From assembly GCA_013329175.1 (NCBI GenBank), contig DUKR01000080.1, positions 1-33,536 on the forward strand: a DNA stretch of 33,536 bases, read 5' to 3'. Within the stretch, counting starts at the first letter, position 1. Every line of letters begins with the position of its first letter. The notes beneath the pieces are model-generated. The model saw nothing but the letters and a program-made list of their open reading frames with translations. It was not told the origin of the DNA and did no database searches. The stretch is from Candidatus Woesearchaeota archaeon (GTDB lineage: Archaea > Nanobdellota > Nanobdellia > Woesearchaeales > UBA11716). Positions 29,844-33,536 of the stretch are shown here, one piece after another. The position numbers and the translations under genes are program-made.

Positions 29844-30980
29844 TTAAAATATCTCCTGAAGGATGGACTTTACATTTTCTGTCACAATCTTTCTTGGATT
29901 ATTTCTCACCCTTTCTTGGTCAAATCCCATTTCAGCGATGACAGGAACATTAGCTTCAGTTATCCCAAGCGCAGAAAGGCTAGTTGCAAGCCCTATCTCC
30001 CGCATAAGTGAGGAAAGGGTGTTTGCTGCTTCCTGCGGCGTCTTTGCGTGCAACATTCCTACAAGCTCCTGCACCCTCTGCTTTACAAATTCAACTCCTC
30101 TAGCATCCTGAATAGTTGAAGCATCAACATTTGCATTGAGGATAAAAAAATTTCCGATGCTCAAGCCGACAGCATGGCCGTGAGGAATGTTAAAGTAAGA
30201 AGTTAGCGGGTAAGACAGTGCATGCGCTGCAGTCGTTTTAGCGATATTAATCGCTCTTCCTGCAAAGTTGCTTCCCATCAGCATCTTTTCCCTGTTCTTC
30301 TTGTCTGGGTGCAGGACGCTTTCTGATAGGCTGGAAAAGACAAGTTCAATGGCTTTCCTGCTGTATCTGCGGGATTCTTCCGTAGATTTGACTGACCAGT
30401 AGGATTCTATCCCCTGACACAATGCGTCCATTCCGCAACAGGCAGAAATATACGGAGGGCAGGATAGGGCGAATGTTGGGTCAAGGATGACATAGTCAGG
30501 AAGCATGGAAGGGTGTGCAAGAGAGTATTTTGTCTTGGTTATGTAGACCACTGAGAAGTGGGTTGATTCTGAGCCTGTTCCTGCGGTTGTGGGGATGACC
30601 GCAAGAGGTATCCTTCGTTTGATTCTTATGCCGTTCTTTTCGATGATGTTTTTGGCTTCATCATCCTGCGAGTGAAGAATGGCAATGGCTTTTGCAATGT
30701 CAATGGCTGTTCCGCCGCCAACACCTATTACACAGTCACACCTCTCGTTTCTGAATATCCGCAATCCTCTCTCAATATCCTCAAGTTTAGGATTAACGTC
30801 AAAATCACAGAAACGGCAAAACTTGGAATTTTGAAACAATGGCTCAATGGCCCCCTTAGCACCGCAGGAAGCATAGGATGCTTTTCCTGTCACCAGAAAT
30901 ATTTTTTGAGGGTGATGTTCCGAGAGTACTGTTTTTAGTTCCTGTATGCTCCCATAGCCGCGATGAAATTGCTGATTCAT
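29844..30980 (-). CDS. Iron-containing (group III) alcohol dehydrogenase, phosphonoacetaldehyde reductase-like (PhpC/FomC/Pdh-like by context)
   Basis: 378-aa ORF with GVGGGTAIDIAKAIA and the metal-His region HALSYPL...HGHAVG. An ATGA overlap links it to the ppd gene. Confidence 0.75.
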   Translation of the reverse strand: MNQQFHRGYGSIQELKTVLSEHHPQKIFLVTGKASYASCGAKGAIEPLFQNSKFCRFCDFDVNPKLEDIERGLRIFRNERCDCVIGVGGGTAIDIAKAIAILHSQDDEAKNIIEKNGIRIKRRIPLAVIPTTAGTGSESTHFSVVYITKTKYSLAHPSMLPDYVILDPTFALSCPPYISACCGMDALCQGIESYWSVKSTEESRRYSRKAIELVFSSLSESVLHPDKKNREKMLMGSNFAGRAINIAKTTAAHALSYPLTSYFNIPHGHAVGLSIGNFFILNANVDASTIQDARGVEFVKQRVQELVGMLHAKTPQEAANTLSSLMREIGLATSLSALGITEANVPVIAEMGFDQERVRNNPRKIVTENVKSILQEIF

Positions 30981-32104
30981 TGTATGAACTTCATGAACGC
31001 TTGTTTATTCTGGATTGGTGTGGTTGTCGGCCTTCCAAGATCTTTGCGGGCTCCCTTGTTCACCCGTATTTCCAGAAGTACAGGCCCTTGCTCATCCCGC
31101 AAGGTTGCCATTGCCTGCTGTATCTCCTCTCTTGTCTTGGCAGCATGTGCATCCCTGTACCCGTTTGCTTTTGCAATTACTGGAAGGTCTATGCCAAACC
31201 CTGTAGTAGGCTGGCCGCCTACTGAATCGTGAGAGCCGTTGTTGAAGACGATATGCTTAAAATTTTTTGGAGCAAGCTGACCTGATATTGCAAGCGAGCC
31301 CATGTGCATGATGACTGCGCCGTCCCCATCAAAGCAGAACACCTGCCTATCTGGCTTCTGCAACGCTATGCCAAGGGCAATTGATGACGAGTGTCCCATG
31401 CTCCCTACTGTCAAAAAATCACGGGAATGATTTTGCCTGAGCTCTTCACGGTATTCAAAAAGCTCTCTGGACGTCTTGCCTGTCGTTGAGACGACGATAT
31501 CGGTATCATTGAGTGCATCAACCACAAGCTTCAGTGCATCTTCCCTACTGAGTTCATAGCTAGTCTTTGCCTTACTCTGGAGCTTGTATTCGGCAAAGGT
31601 ATTCTTTTTTACCACAAGGGCATAGGGAGCACTTCTTTTTTTCATCCCATCTACGGCCTTCTCAACGCTTACTTTTGCAGTATCACTGTCTTCAGGAAGT
31701 ATTTCATAGGGTATTCCAAGGGTTTCCAGAAGTTCAAGGGTTATTTTCCCCTGCTTGACATGCTGTGGCTCATCCTTTACCCCTGGCTCCCCCCTCCATC
31801 CGATTATCAGCAACACGGGGATACTGTAGACGTCAGGGTCAACCAGAGACATCAGCGGGTTCACTGCATTGCCCTCTCCTGAATTCTGCATGTACACAAC
31901 CCCTATCTTTCCTGTTGCAAGATAGTAGCCTGCGGCAAGGGCTATTGCGTTACCTTCATTTGCCGTGATGATGTTGTCCTTTTTGTCGGCATTGTCTGCT
32001 ATGTAGGCGCAAAAATCCTTAAGCAATGAGTCAGGGACTCCAGCAAAGAAGGTGAGGTTGTGGCTTTTCAGAACAGCATAGAAAACATCGCAGGGTATCA
32101 TCAT
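30977..32104 (-). CDS. ppd: Phosphonopyruvate decarboxylase (ThDP-dependent)
   Basis: 375-aa ORF with the ThDP motif [18 protein letters not shown]...[11 protein letters not shown]. Its size and single-chain architecture are typical of Ppd. ATGA overlaps occur at both ends. Confidence 0.8.
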   Translation of the reverse strand: MMIPCDVFYAVLKSHNLTFFAGVPDSLLKDFCAYIADNADKKDNIITANEGNAIALAAGYYLATGKIGVVYMQNSGEGNAVNPLMSLVDPDVYSIPVLLIIGWRGEPGVKDEPQHVKQGKITLELLETLGIPYEILPEDSDTAKVSVEKAVDGMKKRSAPYALVVKKNTFAEYKLQSKAKTSYELSREDALKLVVDALNDTDIVVSTTGKTSRELFEYREELRQNHSRDFLTVGSMGHSSSIALGIALQKPDRQVFCFDGDGAVIMHMGSLAISGQLAPKNFKHIVFNNGSHDSVGGQPTTGFGIDLPVIAKANGYRDAHAAKTREEIQQAMATLRDEQGPVLLEIRVNKGARKDLGRPTTTPIQNKQAFMKFIQ

Positions 32105-33399
32105 TTCCCACCAGGAATCAGTTCAAGAATCTCCTTGATTGGCATGCACTGCGCATCAGCCTCATAGCTCCTTCCATGCTCAAGGATTGACCTTGCTGTC
32201 GTAACCATTGCCGGATACGCGCTCCTAAGCATGTGATTAGCATAGATGACAACAGAGACGCCTGCATCCGCAAGCTCCTTTTCTGTGATGATGTTGTAGG
32301 TGCTGGGGACAGCAACAAGCGGCACCTTCTGATCAAAAGAAGCATATGCCTTGCAGAATTCAAGGACTTCGTCAGGCGTTTTTTCCTTGCTGTGGATCAT
32401 GACGCCATCGGCCCCAGCGGCAATGTAGGCCTTCGCACGCTTGAGCGCATCAGCAACACCTGCCTTTAGGATGAGGCTCTCTATCCTAGCTATGATCATG
32501 AACTGCTCGGTGACTTGAGCCTGCTTACCTGCATGTATCTTCTCGGAAAATCCTTCAATAGTATCCTGCTGCTGCGCTACATCAGTCCCAAAAAGAGAGT
32601 TCTTCTTCAGTCCCACTTTATCTTCTATGATGATAGCAGAAACGCCTATGCGCTCAAGTGTCCTTACCGTAAATGGGAAATGCTCAATAAGGCCGCCTGT
32701 ATCTCCATCAACGATGATGGGCTTGGTGGTCACGTCAAGAATTTCATGGATAGTGTTCAGGCGAGAGGTGAGATCAACGTATTCTATGTCTGGCTTCCCT
32801 TTTGCCGTTGAATCTGTCAGGCTGCTTACCCACATGCCGTCAAATTCCTCGACGCTCCTTTCTTTGGTATTGGAAGTATGCTCAGCTATCAGGCCTGTCA
32901 GTCCATTGTGCACTTCAAGGACGCGGACAATCTGCTTTGCATCAAGCAGCCGTCGCAATCGCTTCATTCGTATATCCGGAGTTGTTCCCACTTCCTTCAG
33001 CGCCTTGTTTAGAATGGTAGAGGATATTCCGACAGTGTATTCCGTCTCAACGAGCTTTCCGCCCCATTCACTAAGGGCATCTATAACCCGTTGCCTGACT
33101 TCCCTTTGGACGCCTGCTTTCCAGTCATTGCCATGCACAACAAAATCAGGTTTTAATATTCTAAGATTCAGGACATAATCAAGAGTCTCTTGGGGGACTA
33201 CCTTTGATACACCCTTTATGTTCTCCATGATGATCTTTCGCTGCTCATAAGTGAGTGCAGGAAGCCTCTTGTAAGATGCAATTGCCTTGTCAGTGAGGAG
33301 CCCTACAGTGACCTCTCCTAGTTTTCGTGCCTCATTGATGATGTTCAGGTGTCCAGGGTGAATGAGGTCAGCGCTCATTCCAACATAAACTTTCTTCAT
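32101..33399 (-). CDS. pepM: Bifunctional cytidylyltransferase / phosphoenolpyruvate mutase (Fom1-like fusion)
   Basis: 432-aa ORF. Residues 1-135 carry cytidylyltransferase motifs: [13 protein letters not shown] (HxGH) and TVGISST. Residues ~150-432 are PEP mutase/isocitrate-lyase fold and carry the PEP-mutase-diagnostic [10 protein letters not shown] (EDKx5NS) at 32596-32625. Confidence 0.85.
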   Translation of the reverse strand: MKKVYVGMSADLIHPGHLNIINEARKLGEVTVGLLTDKAIASYKRLPALTYEQRKIIMENIKGVSKVVPQETLDYVLNLRILKPDFVVHGNDWKAGVQREVRQRVIDALSEWGGKLVETEYTVGISSTILNKALKEVGTTPDIRMKRLRRLLDAKQIVRVLEVHNGLTGLIAEHTSNTKERSVEEFDGMWVSSLTDSTAKGKPDIEYVDLTSRLNTIHEILDVTTKPIIVDGDTGGLIEHFPFTVRTLERIGVSAIIIEDKVGLKKNSLFGTDVAQQQDTIEGFSEKIHAGKQAQVTEQFMIIARIESLILKAGVADALKRAKAYIAAGADGVMIHSKEKTPDEVLEFCKAYASFDQKVPLVAVPSTYNIITEKELADAGVSVVIYANHMLRSAYPAMVTTARSILEHGRSYEADAQCMPIKEILELIPGGK

Positions 33400-33422
33400 T
33401 TTAGCTGTTGATACCTCAGCGG

Positions 33423-33430
33423 TTTAAAAT
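33423..33430 (-). promoter_or_regulatory. TATA-like element (ATTTTAAA on the minus strand) upstream of the phosphonate operon
   Basis: The centre is about 27.5 nt upstream of the pepM ATG at 33399. Confidence 0.4.
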
Positions 33431-33536
33431 GTTTGCTGGTCGCATGGTAACTTTTCTAGGCTGAAGACGCTGCGTTTTTCCATCATCAGAAATCCGCATT
33501 AGAGCAAGCTCATCAACCTGACTTTCTGAACTGAGA

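Noticed and set aside
33416-33536. Possible 3' end of a minus-strand CDS running off the right edge (39 codons, ...[25 protein letters not shown], stop at 33416-33418).
   Set aside because: It is too short and has no recognisable motif, so it cannot be supported as a feature. It would overlap the proposed pepM TATA box.
1-33536. Scan for CRISPR arrays, tRNA/rRNA genes, IS elements, integrases, and toxin-antitoxin or defence genes.
   Set aside because: No regularly spaced direct repeats were seen, no intergenic region is long enough for an RNA gene apart from 4023-4212 (which holds the inverted repeat), and no ORF has transposase, integrase or nuclease-like motifs recognisable by eye.

Overview
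This 33.5-kb window is almost entirely coding, with about 30 CDS. I saw no rRNA, tRNA, CRISPR array, transposase or integrase. It is a large cell-surface glycan locus flanked by two small metabolic modules. Left edge (73-4022, minus strand): two paralogous thiolases flank a DUF35-like OB / DUF362 fusion protein, and a FabZ-like hotdog dehydratase sits upstream. Centre (4213-29776): nucleotide-sugar genes comprising a cupin, a UXS/ArnA-like decarboxylase, Gmd, an Rmd-like reductase, a DegT-type aminotransferase, a TviB/WbpO-type dehydrogenase, two further SDR epimerases and an AsnB-like amidotransferase. The centre also holds four GT4 glycosyltransferases, four class I SAM methyltransferases, a CE4 deacetylase, and three polyprenyl-phosphate-sugar-synthase-like GT2 enzymes matched by three large GT-C-like membrane transferases. 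Right edge (29844-33399, minus strand): a translationally coupled phosphonate module of cytidylyltransferase-PEP mutase fusion, phosphonopyruvate decarboxylase and Fe-alcohol dehydrogenase. The transcription signals look archaeal: TTTAAATA-like boxes sit 27-30 nt upstream of many start codons, which implies leaderless mRNAs. Several of these boxes are shared by divergent gene pairs, while operon-internal genes have GGAGG-type ribosome-binding sites or ATGA/GTGA overlaps. The archaeal assignment is an inference only. The most interesting candidates are: (1) an ArnC/ArnD/ArnT- or FlmF2/NaxD/FlmK-like operon that would edit a sugar on its lipid carrier, with an extra methyltransferase; (2) a Fom1-like module predicted to make CMP-2-hydroxyethylphosphonate, next to glycan genes; (3) the thiolase / DUF35-DUF362 / thiolase / FabZ operon. 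All functional calls come from motif-level reading of the translations. No searches were run.
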